In this document: one piece after another, positions 39,592-49,453 of the stretch
How the letters are laid out: every line of letters starts with the position of its first letter
How positions within the stretch are numbered: position 1 is the stretch's first letter
Assembly: GCA_017471445.1 (NCBI GenBank)
Contig: JAFUTJ010000015.1
Span: forward strand, 25,352 to 89,351
Source: Alphaproteobacteria bacterium
GTDB lineage: Bacteria; Pseudomonadota; Alphaproteobacteria; Rs-D84
Direction: 5' to 3'
DNA: 64,000 nt
The notes under the pieces: model-generated
Told to the model about the DNA's origin: nothing
The model's input: the letters and a program-made list of their open reading frames with translations, nothing else
The model's database searches: none
Position numbers and translations under genes: made by a program

Positions 39592-40206
39592 ATGAACAAA
39601 CTAAAACACATTATGCCCTGTGCCCTGTGCCTTGCATTATGTGCATGTGGTGAAACACGGGTTGTTGACTTGAATAACCAGGCCGATGTTGAATCAATGC
39701 AACACGTTATGGAATTGGAATATCGTGACTGGGAAAACGCCGCGACAAAAATGACCGATTCTATGTTAAAAAGTGGCGCATTCGCCCGTGTTGCCAATCC
39801 GGTAATTGCGATTGATGATATAAAAAATGATACTATGCAACGTATTGATACCGATTTGTTGGTTAAAAAGATTCGTAAAACCATCGTAAATTCGGGTCGC
39901 GCACAAATTGCGACAACATTCACCGGCGAAGAAACCATGTCTAATAAAATGCGCGCCATGCGTGGCAACAGTGAATACAACGCATCAACAATTGCAGAAC
40001 AAGGAACCCTGGTTGCACCGAATATAAGTTTATCTGGCAAAATGATTCAGCGTAACCTGAATCTGAAATCCGGCTGGTTCAGTAATGTTGACACCCGTGT
40101 TGAATATTATATGCAATTAACATTAACCGACCTGAAAACGGGACTCTCAATCTGGGAAGAAGAAGAGCCGATTGTCAAAGAAGGGGACCATGCGCCAACC
40201 TGGTAA
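39592..40206 (+). CDS. LpoB-like lipoprotein (COG3417, penicillin-binding protein activator family)
   Basis: Cys-containing signal peptide. DWENAATKMTDSML matches the E. coli LpoB block DWNGAMQPMVSKML. The C-terminus YYMQLTLTDLKTGLSIWEEEE matches LQMQLMLVQTGEIIWSGKG. Confidence 0.5.
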   Translation: MNKLKHIMPCALCLALCACGETRVVDLNNQADVESMQHVMELEYRDWENAATKMTDSMLKSGAFARVANPVIAIDDIKNDTMQRIDTDLLVKKIRKTIVNSGRAQIATTFTGEETMSNKMRAMRGNSEYNASTIAEQGTLVAPNISLSGKMIQRNLNLKSGWFSNVDTRVEYYMQLTLTDLKTGLSIWEEEEPIVKEGDHAPTW

Positions 40207-40214
40207 AGTAATAT

Positions 40215-40243
40215 AAAAAACACCGGCAAATGCCGGTGTTTTT
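40215..40243 (+). terminator. Bidirectional rho-independent terminator (AAAAACACCGGCAAATGCCGGTGTTTTT)
   Basis: 7-8 bp GC-rich stem flanked by an A-run and a T-run. It lies between the convergent LpoB-like and PAP2 genes and shares its stem sequence with the terminator at 31532. Confidence 0.5.
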
Positions 40244-40931
40244 ATGCGTTTATTTTTGCAAATGTTGCCCGGGTAATATCGGCGGCAACCATACCGATAA
40301 ATGCGCCCAATATTACATCTGTTGGCCAATGAAAGCCGGCGGCAACACGTGAAAAGCCGATTATAACCGCCAATCCCCACGTTAACCATTTATACCGCGG
40401 TGCCAACAAACCAATCATAACCAACCCGGCAAACGATACCGTTGTATGCCCCGACGGCATTGAATTAAACGCCCATTCGGTTGACAATGGATGAAACCCG
40501 GTCAGGTCCAGTGCCTCAAAAAAAACGGGACGAAAACGACCAACAACTGTTTTAATTACCTTGGCCACAATCCCGGCCCCCAAGCATGAACAAAATATAT
40601 AGAACACATAACTGCCCCGGATTTTTTGCAATACGTCGTTTATAAATACAATTGGGCTGATACGGTTTTGGTTATTACGAATGCGTGGCGGTGTTGTAAT
40701 ACACTTTTTTACATAAAACGCACCCAAAAATATCGCACCAGTGGCAATCCATACATAACCACTGAATATCCGGCCAATTATTTGCCAACCATTCCAATCC
40801 GCATGCCGAATGGCCATATATAATGGTGCATCAAACCATAATATTCCCGCAATAATAATTGCACACACAATTACCGTTGCGATAAATAAACGTTTCCATT
40901 TTATTTTATTACTATCTGTATCCAAGAACAT
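40242..40931 (-). CDS. PAP2-family phosphatase (PgpB / undecaprenyl-diphosphatase-like)
   Basis: PAP2 motifs KxxxxxxRP (RFRPVFF), PSGH (PSGHTT) and SRxxxxxHxxxD (SRVAAGFHWPTD), with about six TM helices. Confidence 0.75.
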   Translation of the reverse strand: MFLDTDSNKIKWKRLFIATVIVCAIIIAGILWFDAPLYMAIRHADWNGWQIIGRIFSGYVWIATGAIFLGAFYVKKCITTPPRIRNNQNRISPIVFINDVLQKIRGSYVFYIFCSCLGAGIVAKVIKTVVGRFRPVFFEALDLTGFHPLSTEWAFNSMPSGHTTVSFAGLVMIGLLAPRYKWLTWGLAVIIGFSRVAAGFHWPTDVILGAFIGMVAADITRATFAKINA

Positions 40932-40948
40932 CTGGGCATCCCCATGTT

Positions 40949-42550
40949 TTAATTATCAACCGCCCCGCGCAGGCGAATATAAATTTTGTCATCGGTTAAT
41001 ATTTGCGACGCAACCGCCGCCGATAATGCGTCTTCGTCGGTGCCACTGGTAATATTTGGGCAACCACGACGAATTGTATCGGCATCTATATCATCGCGCG
41101 TGTTATAATCCACCGCATTAAAGTCACGATTTATCACATTCAGAAAGAATGCATTTTGTTGTGAATTTGATCGAATGTTGGCCAGACACACAATCGGGAA
41201 AACACCGCGACCATCTAAAGCGCGACCGGAACCTGTCTTTAATGATTTATTCATAACCGACAACGCGCCCCCATTTTTCAGGTTTATTTGCGTTGCGATT
41301 CGCGCCGCGCCCGCTGTTGGTGTGCCAACCAAGACACCGCGGTCATTTTCATAAAATGCGTATGCAATCGCCTCGGCTGTGCCGCGGGTTGTATTTGATA
41401 CCAATACAACAACATGCGCGTCCGTTACGGCATCGCCACCGGGCACAACCTCTAATTCCGATTGGGCGGTTTCTTGGATGCGCATAATCGGTTTTGCCCC
41501 GATAAACAATCCAGCCATTTTCGCCGCCGCGCGTTCATCATCACCCGATGCGTTACGCATATCCAGTATTATGCCACCAATGTTTTCATATTTTGCCAAC
41601 GCTTCATTAACAATTGCAACCGAACCATCCGATACGCGATGTATTATTATTTCTAATATGCCCACCCCAGAATCAGATTCCGCGCGATGAATTATATCGG
41701 CATCGGCCGCAACAACCGTTGTACGACGCAACACCACATTACGATTACCGGCGGGTGTTAATATATGCATCTTTACCGTACCGGAATTAAATCCTGCAAT
41801 TGCTGCATCCATTTCATCATCAGACATATCTGATACATTTCGCCCATTTATTATATCAATAATATCACCGGTACGAATGTCGGCATTATCGGCCGACGCA
41901 CCACGAAACACACCCGTAACACGCATATTGCCACGCGCGTCACGAACACCTGTTAATCCAACACTGGTTAACAGACGGTTATCATTTTCAACCGCCGCGG
42001 CACGTGACATAATATATTGGCCATTTTCGTCAACGCCGTGCATTAATGCCGCAACCGCATTTTGGTAAATATCGTTTTCACCCATGGAATGTAAACTCAA
42101 ATCCATTTCACGCATTTTTAATATCAGCGCGGTCGTTATTTCACCAAATGCATTCCAATCATGCGCCGCGGGACGTGGATAGTTTGCAATAATGCTGTCC
42201 CCCCATACCAATACGACACGTTCATCGGTTGCAGCGATATGCGCCGACGGATTTAATTTTTCCAATGATTCAATCGCAACATTTATATTTTTGCCTGCAA
42301 ATTTCACAGAATCCAGTTTTTCATAAATATCTGCAAATGTTTCTGACATCTGAACAACCGGTAAATTGTCTTGAATCGGTTCATCTGGGTCAAATATTGT
42401 CCCTGCGAAACATGGAATTGTTGCGAATAAAATACACACAACGCATACCACACGCGCAACCAGATTACACGTGTGGGAAAATACGATATTGATGTTTTTA
42501 TACTCTCTGCACATGTTTTTCACAATTCCCCCGATGTACCGTACCGGCAT
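40949..42550 (-). CDS. S41-family C-terminal processing peptidase (PDZ domain)
   Basis: PDZ region GVFRGASADNADIRTGDIIDIINGR. S41 core GGIILDMRNASGD...TRGTAEAIAYAF. Confidence 0.75.
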   Translation of the reverse strand: MPVRYIGGIVKNMCREYKNINIVFSHTCNLVARVVCVVCILFATIPCFAGTIFDPDEPIQDNLPVVQMSETFADIYEKLDSVKFAGKNINVAIESLEKLNPSAHIAATDERVVLVWGDSIIANYPRPAAHDWNAFGEITTALILKMREMDLSLHSMGENDIYQNAVAALMHGVDENGQYIMSRAAAVENDNRLLTSVGLTGVRDARGNMRVTGVFRGASADNADIRTGDIIDIINGRNVSDMSDDEMDAAIAGFNSGTVKMHILTPAGNRNVVLRRTTVVAADADIIHRAESDSGVGILEIIIHRVSDGSVAIVNEALAKYENIGGIILDMRNASGDDERAAAKMAGLFIGAKPIMRIQETAQSELEVVPGGDAVTDAHVVVLVSNTTRGTAEAIAYAFYENDRGVLVGTPTAGAARIATQINLKNGGALSVMNKSLKTGSGRALDGRGVFPIVCLANIRSNSQQNAFFLNVINRDFNAVDYNTRDDIDADTIRRGCPNITSGTDEDALSAAVASQILTDDKIYIRLRGAVDN

Positions 42551-43413
42551 TAATATTTCGTATCACGCAAATTAAAGTGATACAAAATAACATTGCTGAT
42601 ATAAATACTGGTTGCGGTACCCATCACAATCGCAAATGTCATTGCAATCGCAAAGTCTTGCAACATCAATCCACCGAATACATACAGCCCGACCATGGCA
42701 AGTATTGTTGAAATACTAGTCATGATGGTACGGCGCATCATTTCATTAATTGATAAATCAATTAAATCATTCATTGGCATTTTGTGATACTTTTTAATAT
42801 TTTCATCAATTCGGTCATAGTTTACAACCTTGTCATTAATAGAATAACCAATACCCATCAAAATAACCGCAATGGATGTCTGGTTGAATTCCAAACCTGC
42901 AACAGAAAAGAATCCAAACATTAATATAAAGTCCAATACCAATGATACAAATGACCCAACCGCATAACCGCCACGATACCGAATCCAGATATAAACACTC
43001 ATTAAAACAAATGAAACCAATATCGCCAAGATTCCACCGCGCACCAATTCACCACCAATTTTCGGACCAACAATCTGAACCTGGGAATAAGAAACACGTT
43101 CGCCCATTATGTCCTTAATCTGGCGTACACGTTCATTTTGTGCGGCATCTGTTGCACCCTTGGGCAGGCCAACGCGCACCAAAATTGAATCATTATCAAC
43201 CATTTGCAATTCCGGTTTAAATTCTGCCAGGTCTATACGCATCTTGTCTATTGTGTATTCGGCGGTTGTGGGTGTAACCTCCATCGATATGCCCCCGGAA
43301 AAGTCAATACCGTAATTCAACCCACGCACAAACAGCGATACGATTGACAACGCAACCAACACACCAGAAACCCAGTATGATATTTTACGATATTTCATAA
43401 AATGCAGTTTCAT
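42550..43413 (-). CDS. secF: Protein translocase subunit SecF
   Basis: 287 aa with six TM helices, immediately downstream of secD. Confidence 0.9.
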   Translation of the reverse strand: MKLHFMKYRKISYWVSGVLVALSIVSLFVRGLNYGIDFSGGISMEVTPTTAEYTIDKMRIDLAEFKPELQMVDNDSILVRVGLPKGATDAAQNERVRQIKDIMGERVSYSQVQIVGPKIGGELVRGGILAILVSFVLMSVYIWIRYRGGYAVGSFVSLVLDFILMFGFFSVAGLEFNQTSIAVILMGIGYSINDKVVNYDRIDENIKKYHKMPMNDLIDLSINEMMRRTIMTSISTILAMVGLYVFGGLMLQDFAIAMTFAIVMGTATSIYISNVILYHFNLRDTKY

Positions 43414-43440
43414 GATAATTACCTTCTCTTATTTAACAAT

Positions 43441-44994
43441 TTATTTAATAAAACCAATTTTCTTGTTCTTGCCATTCATGTACATATCAATTATTACACG
43501 CGACAACATCAAGCATGTAAACAATGTCGTAATTACACCAATTGATAATGTTACGGCAAAACCACGAATTGGCCCGGCACCAAATTGGAACAAAATCAAC
43601 GAACAAATCAAATTCGTCAGATTTCCATCCATAACTGTTTTTACCGAACGGTTAAATCCCATATCAACCGCGCGCAAGGTCGGAACACCGGCACGCACTT
43701 CATCACGAATACGTTCGTACGGCAAAATATTCGCATCAACCGCCATCCCCAGGGTCAATACGACACCCGCAATCCCTGGCAATGTCATTGTTGCGCCGAA
43801 CAGTGCGGTAACACCAACAATCATGGCCAAATTTACCAACAACACAATATCTGCCACCAAACCAAAACCACGATAGAATAAAATCATAAACAACAATACC
43901 AACAATACGCCAACGGCGGAACCAATCTTGCCAGACGCAATTGTATCGGCCCCCAATCCCGCACCAACGGTACGTTCTTCGATAACCTGTAATGGCGCAG
44001 GTAACGCCCCGGAACGCAACAGAACCGCCAAATCCTTTGCGCCCTGTAATGTAAATCCACCCGATATCTGTCCACGACCGCCCGGAATTGGTTCACGAAT
44101 TGTTGGTGCCGATAAAACCTTGCCATCCAAGACAATGGCAAACCGTTCGTTAACATGTTCGGTTGTTAATTTTGCGAATTTTCGTGCACCTGTGGCATCA
44201 AAGTTTGTTGTTACAACCGGCATATTATTTTGATCAAAGTCTGCCTGTGAATCTTTCAGACTTTCACCCGACACTTCTACGCGGGAATAAACCGGGATTA
44301 ATTGCCCGCCCGCATCCATGTACGGTAAAAATTCCGTTCCGGCCGGTGCACGCCCAGATTGCATCTGTTCCGGCGTAACACTTTCATTTACCAGATGGAA
44401 CGTCATCTTGGCGGTTTGCCCGATTAATTCTTTGATGTGTTCCGGATTATCAACACCCGGCAATTGAACCAAGATATATTTTCCGCCCTGGCTTTGGATT
44501 GACGGTTCCTTGGTTCCCAATGCATCAATACGACGACGAACAATTTCAATACTGCGCGCCAATGCGTCATTTGACATTTCTTGCTTTTGCTTGTCCGTAT
44601 ACGACAATTCAATTACGTCACCATGTGACGATATATTAACCGTGTTACCCAAAACACTTTTCAACCGCCCCTTGGCCGCCGATACATCATCTGAATCACG
44701 CACAGTTAATGATACAACACCGTCAATATTACGCAGATTGGAAAAGCGTATTACACCCTTGGTCCGGTCAATTAACGCACTGCGCACTTCGTCATGCAAT
44801 TGCGCCGCCTTTTCGCGAAACATGGTGTCGGTATCCACCTCTAATAACAATTGTGCCCCACCTTTTAGATCCAACCCCAACGGAATGGGCTGAATCCATG
44901 TCGGGAAATATTTTGACGCGCCCGACCACATTGTCGGCACAGCCAACATTACGCCAAAAATCGCGATAAAAATCACAACAAATTTTTTTAACAT
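43441..44994 (-). CDS. secD: Protein translocase subunit SecD
   Basis: 517 aa with a large periplasmic domain followed by six TM helices. Confidence 0.9.
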   Translation of the reverse strand: MLKKFVVIFIAIFGVMLAVPTMWSGASKYFPTWIQPIPLGLDLKGGAQLLLEVDTDTMFREKAAQLHDEVRSALIDRTKGVIRFSNLRNIDGVVSLTVRDSDDVSAAKGRLKSVLGNTVNISSHGDVIELSYTDKQKQEMSNDALARSIEIVRRRIDALGTKEPSIQSQGGKYILVQLPGVDNPEHIKELIGQTAKMTFHLVNESVTPEQMQSGRAPAGTEFLPYMDAGGQLIPVYSRVEVSGESLKDSQADFDQNNMPVVTTNFDATGARKFAKLTTEHVNERFAIVLDGKVLSAPTIREPIPGGRGQISGGFTLQGAKDLAVLLRSGALPAPLQVIEERTVGAGLGADTIASGKIGSAVGVLLVLLFMILFYRGFGLVADIVLLVNLAMIVGVTALFGATMTLPGIAGVVLTLGMAVDANILPYERIRDEVRAGVPTLRAVDMGFNRSVKTVMDGNLTNLICSLILFQFGAGPIRGFAVTLSIGVITTLFTCLMLSRVIIDMYMNGKNKKIGFIK

Positions 44995-45007
44995 TTTTAA
45001 TACCTTT

Positions 45008-45316
45008 TTACTTTTCCCATGGGCCAGAAACTGCGTTTTTATTAACCTCTATCACAACGCCTTTGGCCACCTCTATTTCAATGGTTTTGTCGTTTATTTT
45101 TTTTATTGTGCCCACAATACCGGCCGCCATAACCCGATTACCAACCGCCAGTGAATCCAGCATTTTTTGATATTCGGCCATACGACGTTTATTCGGACGC
45201 ACCATAAACAGATATATAATTGCAAACATAATCACACAGTACAACAGCATTCCCCACCATCCACCACCATTGGCATTTTGTGTCGCAACATTTATAACAT
45301 CAGCGGTTTGTTCCAT
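45008..45316 (-). CDS. yajC: Preprotein translocase subunit YajC
   Basis: 102 aa. One TM helix, then MVRPNKRRMAEYQKMLDSLAVGNRVMAAGIVGTI. Confidence 0.85.
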   Translation of the reverse strand: MEQTADVINVATQNANGGGWWGMLLYCVIMFAIIYLFMVRPNKRRMAEYQKMLDSLAVGNRVMAAGIVGTIKKINDKTIEIEVAKGVVIEVNKNAVSGPWEK

Positions 45317-45439
45317 GATTTCTCCTTTGTATTATAGGCTCAGAATAGACAAAAATCCCCCATATGTAAAGGGTTTTCTGAATACATAGAATTTGTGTAA
45401 TTTACTTGTATTGTTACGATATTTGGTGATATTATTTTC

Positions 45440-45658
45440 TTGATGCGACGTATTGTCGCATTGGGCGTCAGAACCCATAGAGGTGTCGGGATTACACCGA
45501 CAATTAAAATTCCAGCCGGCTATTTATCGGTTGGAGTGTGTGGAATATTTAGAATAACACACGCAATTCCTCTAATTGTTCTGAAGCTCCAACCACTGCG
45601 GTTTTCGCGTGGGATATTTTTTATTAGAAAAAATAAAGGAACAGGGAGAAAAAAAGAT
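45440..45658 (+). promoter_or_regulatory. Conserved 5' leader of family B genes (copy 2) with hairpin GGTTGGAG...CTCCAACC (45529-45594)
   Basis: The 74 nt before the ATG are identical to copy 1, and the upstream GCGACG...TGGGCGTCA block is shared. It contains the RBS GGAACAGGGAG. Confidence 0.45.
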
Positions 45659-46630
45659 ATGACAGGCAAATTATCATCATCGGTGTTTTATGTGTTGTTT
45701 GGTTTGATGTTGTTCTGGGCAAATGCAAATGCCGAATTACCAGAAAATGTAAAGTTCTGTATACCGAAACAATATAGGGTAACATACGATTGTCCGGCGG
45801 GTGGGAATGCGCCAACACAACAAACCACCGCGTATGGTAATAACTTTACAACCGGTGTTGGTTGTAACAATGCGCCCGCATGGCGTGTTGATGACAGTGA
45901 CACAATAATTACATCAAATACAACAATTCCATACGCATATACGCACGACATTGTATTACACGCAGATTACAGTCCGTGGTACACAATTGCGGGCGGACGG
46001 CTGATTAATGCCGATGCGGATGTGTATTTAAACAACAATCTTTCTGCATACGCATCATATGGCATTGATACGGGTGTAATGTCCACAAATAATATCGGAT
46101 GGGCAATTAATTTTACATATGAACAATTCAGAAATAGCGAAACACCAGAACATATTATTGGAACAATGTTCCCACATTTTTATTGTGGAATTGATACGGC
46201 CCATACTGGTTTTCTTTGCGCCTGTGGCCCAGAGGCCGGTTATGGAAACGGCATTGAAAACTACACAAATATGATTGTCGGCAAAAAATACAATCTGTTA
46301 TTTAACTATAATAATTCTGGCAAAATTATTTTTGATTACACGACCAATCTTGATTTATCGTGCACAGAATTGAATAACACGATTGGTAACACAATACGTT
46401 TGTTTCGTTCAACATCACAAAACGTAAATGCAACCAGCACGAATAATTATAGCATGGCAAAAATATATGATGTAAAAATCAGCGATGGCCAAACAATGAT
46501 TCGTAATTTTGTGGCGGTACCGTCGGGTCTGCGCATTGGTAATTATATCGTTCCAAAAAACGGCATGTTTGATATTGTTGAACAGAAATTTTATCAACCT
46601 GTTGCGAATATGATATATGGGCGCGATTAA
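45659..46630 (+). CDS. Secreted protein, family B paralog 2
   Basis: The start is at MTGKLSSSVFYVLFGLMLFWANANA (ATG at 45659, RBS GGGAG). The ORF-track start at 45440 is an in-frame upstream extension through the leader. The N-terminal 115 aa are nearly identical to paralog 1. Confidence 0.75.
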   Translation: MTGKLSSSVFYVLFGLMLFWANANAELPENVKFCIPKQYRVTYDCPAGGNAPTQQTTAYGNNFTTGVGCNNAPAWRVDDSDTIITSNTTIPYAYTHDIVLHADYSPWYTIAGGRLINADADVYLNNNLSAYASYGIDTGVMSTNNIGWAINFTYEQFRNSETPEHIIGTMFPHFYCGIDTAHTGFLCACGPEAGYGNGIENYTNMIVGKKYNLLFNYNNSGKIIFDYTTNLDLSCTELNNTIGNTIRLFRSTSQNVNATSTNNYSMAKIYDVKISDGQTMIRNFVAVPSGLRIGNYIVPKNGMFDIVEQKFYQPVANMIYGRD

Positions 46631-46631
46631 A

Positions 46632-47402
46632 TTATTTTAATTCAATCATTAATCCACAGTGGTCGGTCGGTTTTTCCGCCATACGTGGGTTTATGTCAAT
46701 TTCGCAATTTGTAACCATCTGGGTGGCCGCCCGATTACACAAGAAATAATCCAGCCGCAGCCCCTGTTTATTTGCAACCGTATCACGCCCACGGTACCCA
46801 TACCACGTATAATCAATATCATCTGGATGACGTGCGCGCCATTCATCAACCCATCCCGCATCCAACCAAGACCGCATAATTTCCCGTGCAGCCGGCGCGG
46901 CAATTGCAATGCCGATATAGTTTGCCGGTTTCCATATATCACGGTCGGTTAATGCGACATTAAAGTCGCCCCCAATTACAACAGGTTCCGGCGAATTTAT
47001 ATAACCCGAAATATATTCCCCAAACGCGCGCATCCATTCCAATTTATACGGGAACTTTGGCGAATCAACCGTATCGCCATTTGGCATATATACATTTATA
47101 ATACGCACGCGCCCATCAATAACACATTCAATAAAGCGTGCATTTACATCCGCGTAATTTGGCATGCCGCGTGTGATATCTTCGATTGAATATTTAGAAA
47201 ACACCGCAACACCATTCCAACTTTTTTGACCAAACACCCGAATATTATAACCATATTCATCAAACAGGTTATGCGGAAACGCCGCCGTTTCAACCTTTAA
47301 TTCTTGAACCAATATAACATCGTATTCACCGCCACGTAAAATATCCATAAAACTGGGGGCGTGTGCGCGTATTGAATTAATATTCAGGGTTAATATTTTC
47401 AT
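46632..47402 (-). CDS. xth: Exodeoxyribonuclease III
   Basis: Starts MKILTLNINSIRAH. EEP-fold motifs QELK, GGDFN and the C-terminal DH. 256 aa. Confidence 0.9.
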   Translation of the reverse strand: MKILTLNINSIRAHAPSFMDILRGGEYDVILVQELKVETAAFPHNLFDEYGYNIRVFGQKSWNGVAVFSKYSIEDITRGMPNYADVNARFIECVIDGRVRIINVYMPNGDTVDSPKFPYKLEWMRAFGEYISGYINSPEPVVIGGDFNVALTDRDIWKPANYIGIAIAAPAAREIMRSWLDAGWVDEWRARHPDDIDYTWYGYRGRDTVANKQGLRLDYFLCNRAATQMVTNCEIDINPRMAEKPTDHCGLMIELK

Positions 47403-47473
47403 GTTTGCATTCCTTGCCTTTGTGGGTATAATAGCGACTGATTTACATAAATACAAGCAAGGATTTTTTTACG

Positions 47474-49060
47474 ATGAATATGTATCAGTTTTTGGAACGC
47501 GCCGCCGCGGCATGGCCAGACGGAATATACCTGGTGCGGGAAAATATAACCTTTAACGGGTTTGTTGAATGTGTAAAAAAACGTGCGGCATCGTTGCATG
47601 CGGCGGGTGTTTCACGTGGCGATGTTGTCGGCGTTTTATCGCATAATATACCAGAATTTCCAATCACGCTGTTTGCGATTTGGTATCTGGGGGGGACGGT
47701 ATTAATGTTGGATACAAATCTGACACCGTATGAATATGACAATATGACCGCCATAACCAAGTGCAAATTTGTATGCGCGGAAAAGTCTTTCTTTTATAAA
47801 ACAAATAAATTTACGTTTTACGATATAACGGCACGCGACGGCGATATAAATAAAAAGTTAAGCCCGGCAAAAATGGAATCTGTGGACACGGCAATATTGT
47901 CATTTACATCTGGGTCCACCGGCACACCCAAGGTTGTGCCACTGACGCACTTTAATTTGATTGAATGCGCACATTCATTAGAAGATATGCGCGCCAGTAC
48001 CGGTTTCACCGCGGGTGACATTATGTACGGATTTTTACCAATGTATCACATATTTGGTTTTGCGGTAGAAGTATTGGCAACCCTTGAATACGGCGCGGGT
48101 GTTTTGTTACAACCGACTGTTAATCCAAAAGAAATCCTGGCCGATTTTCATGAATTCCGCCCCCAGGTTATACCCGCCGTTCCCCGCTTGTTCGAGGTTT
48201 TTCGTAACAAAATCATTGATAACGTAAAATCGCGCCATAAATGGTGGATTGTGTACCCGGTATTGCGCTATGCACGTATATTACGGGCAATGGGAATGGG
48301 TTGGATTGTACGCCGCGTGCAAAAGCCATTGCTGGAAATATTTGGCGGACGCGTAAAATTATTAATTGCTGGCGGTGCCGCCACCAAGCCAGAGGTAGAA
48401 AGATTCTTTCAATCACTGGGGTTCGGTTTTATTCAGGGTTATGGTTTAACCGAAACCGTTGGACCAATCTGTATTTCCAAGCCGATAAAAAACCGTTTAC
48501 CGTTTGCATTTGGCGCACCAACAACAAATAACGAAATTGAAATTCGTGATAAGAATGCCGACGGCGTGGGTGTTTTATGGCTGCGTGGGCATCAGGTGTT
48601 TGGTGGTTATCTGAATAATCCAGACGTTAATGCCGCAGTGTTTGATGACCGTGGTTTCTTTAACACCGGTGACATGGTAACAATGGACAAAAATGGCGAA
48701 TTGCATTTTGCCGGCCGGCAAAAGCAAATTATCGTATTGGACAGTGGCAAAAACGTTTACCCCGATGAATTAGAAGGTTTGTTTATAAAAATTCCGGGGG
48801 TAAAGAATGTCGCAGTTTTTGAGCACAAGGTAAAAAACAAAACCGTTGCATATGGTGTGTTTAGTGTTGATGAAAAAATGACATTGGACAAATTGGCCAT
48901 TGCGATTGCAAATGCGAACAAGCGTGTTGCATCATATAAATGGGTAACGCACTTTGCAATGACAACAGATGATTTACCAATGACCAGCACGCAAAAGGTA
49001 AAACATCACATTGTTCGCGAAAAATTAATTGCCGGCGAATACCCAACCCGCCGCGAATAA
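47474..49060 (+). CDS. AMP-dependent synthetase/ligase (long-chain acyl-CoA synthetase-like)
   Basis: AMP-binding motif SFTSGSTGTPKVV, followed by GYGLTET and the distal FxTGD...K motifs. Confidence 0.8.
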   Translation: MNMYQFLERAAAAWPDGIYLVRENITFNGFVECVKKRAASLHAAGVSRGDVVGVLSHNIPEFPITLFAIWYLGGTVLMLDTNLTPYEYDNMTAITKCKFVCAEKSFFYKTNKFTFYDITARDGDINKKLSPAKMESVDTAILSFTSGSTGTPKVVPLTHFNLIECAHSLEDMRASTGFTAGDIMYGFLPMYHIFGFAVEVLATLEYGAGVLLQPTVNPKEILADFHEFRPQVIPAVPRLFEVFRNKIIDNVKSRHKWWIVYPVLRYARILRAMGMGWIVRRVQKPLLEIFGGRVKLLIAGGAATKPEVERFFQSLGFGFIQGYGLTETVGPICISKPIKNRLPFAFGAPTTNNEIEIRDKNADGVGVLWLRGHQVFGGYLNNPDVNAAVFDDRGFFNTGDMVTMDKNGELHFAGRQKQIIVLDSGKNVYPDELEGLFIKIPGVKNVAVFEHKVKNKTVAYGVFSVDEKMTLDKLAIAIANANKRVASYKWVTHFAMTTDDLPMTSTQKVKHHIVREKLIAGEYPTRRE

Positions 49061-49065
49061 AACGG

Positions 49066-49095
49066 TTACGCGCCAAACGATGGCGCGTAATTTTT
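49066..49095 (+). terminator. Rho-independent terminator after the acyl-CoA synthetase gene
   Basis: 10-bp stem TTACGCGCCA/TGGCGCGTAA with loop AACGA, then TTTTT. Confidence 0.55.
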
Positions 49096-49453
49096 GCCCA
49101 GATATAAAATGGAATTTTACAATTATAAGAAAACACTTATATACCGCTAAGAACTAAACGACTTGCTTTTTTTGGTATCTTTCACAATAATAGTAAATGA
49201 ATCCAATGGGAATTGGGTTTGGGGCATTAGCGTGCCCGTTTGCATCCGGTGCGATTGCGTCGTTAAAAAAATATATTTTACAACACTTTTGCACCGAATT
49301 TTGTCATTGTTCCCCGAACGTTGGTCTGGGGTGCCGGTGGTTATACAACAGGTTTCTAAACCAAAGGCCATCCGGGTCATTGATGCAAATGATACGCTAA
49401 CACCCCGACCATCAATTTCCGTTGATGGTTTTTATTTTTTTATGGGGGAAATT

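Noticed and set aside
45440-45658. N-terminal 73-codon extension of the family B paralog 2 ORF (ORF-track start at 45440)
   Set aside because: Comparison with paralog 1 and the shared RBS GGAACAGGGAG place the true start at 45659. The extension is the conserved untranslated leader read in frame.
46632-47456. Longer 274-aa version of xth starting MYLCKSVAII
   Set aside because: Exonuclease III family proteins start at the MKI(L/A)T(W/L)N motif. The ATG at 47402 gives the canonical N-terminus.
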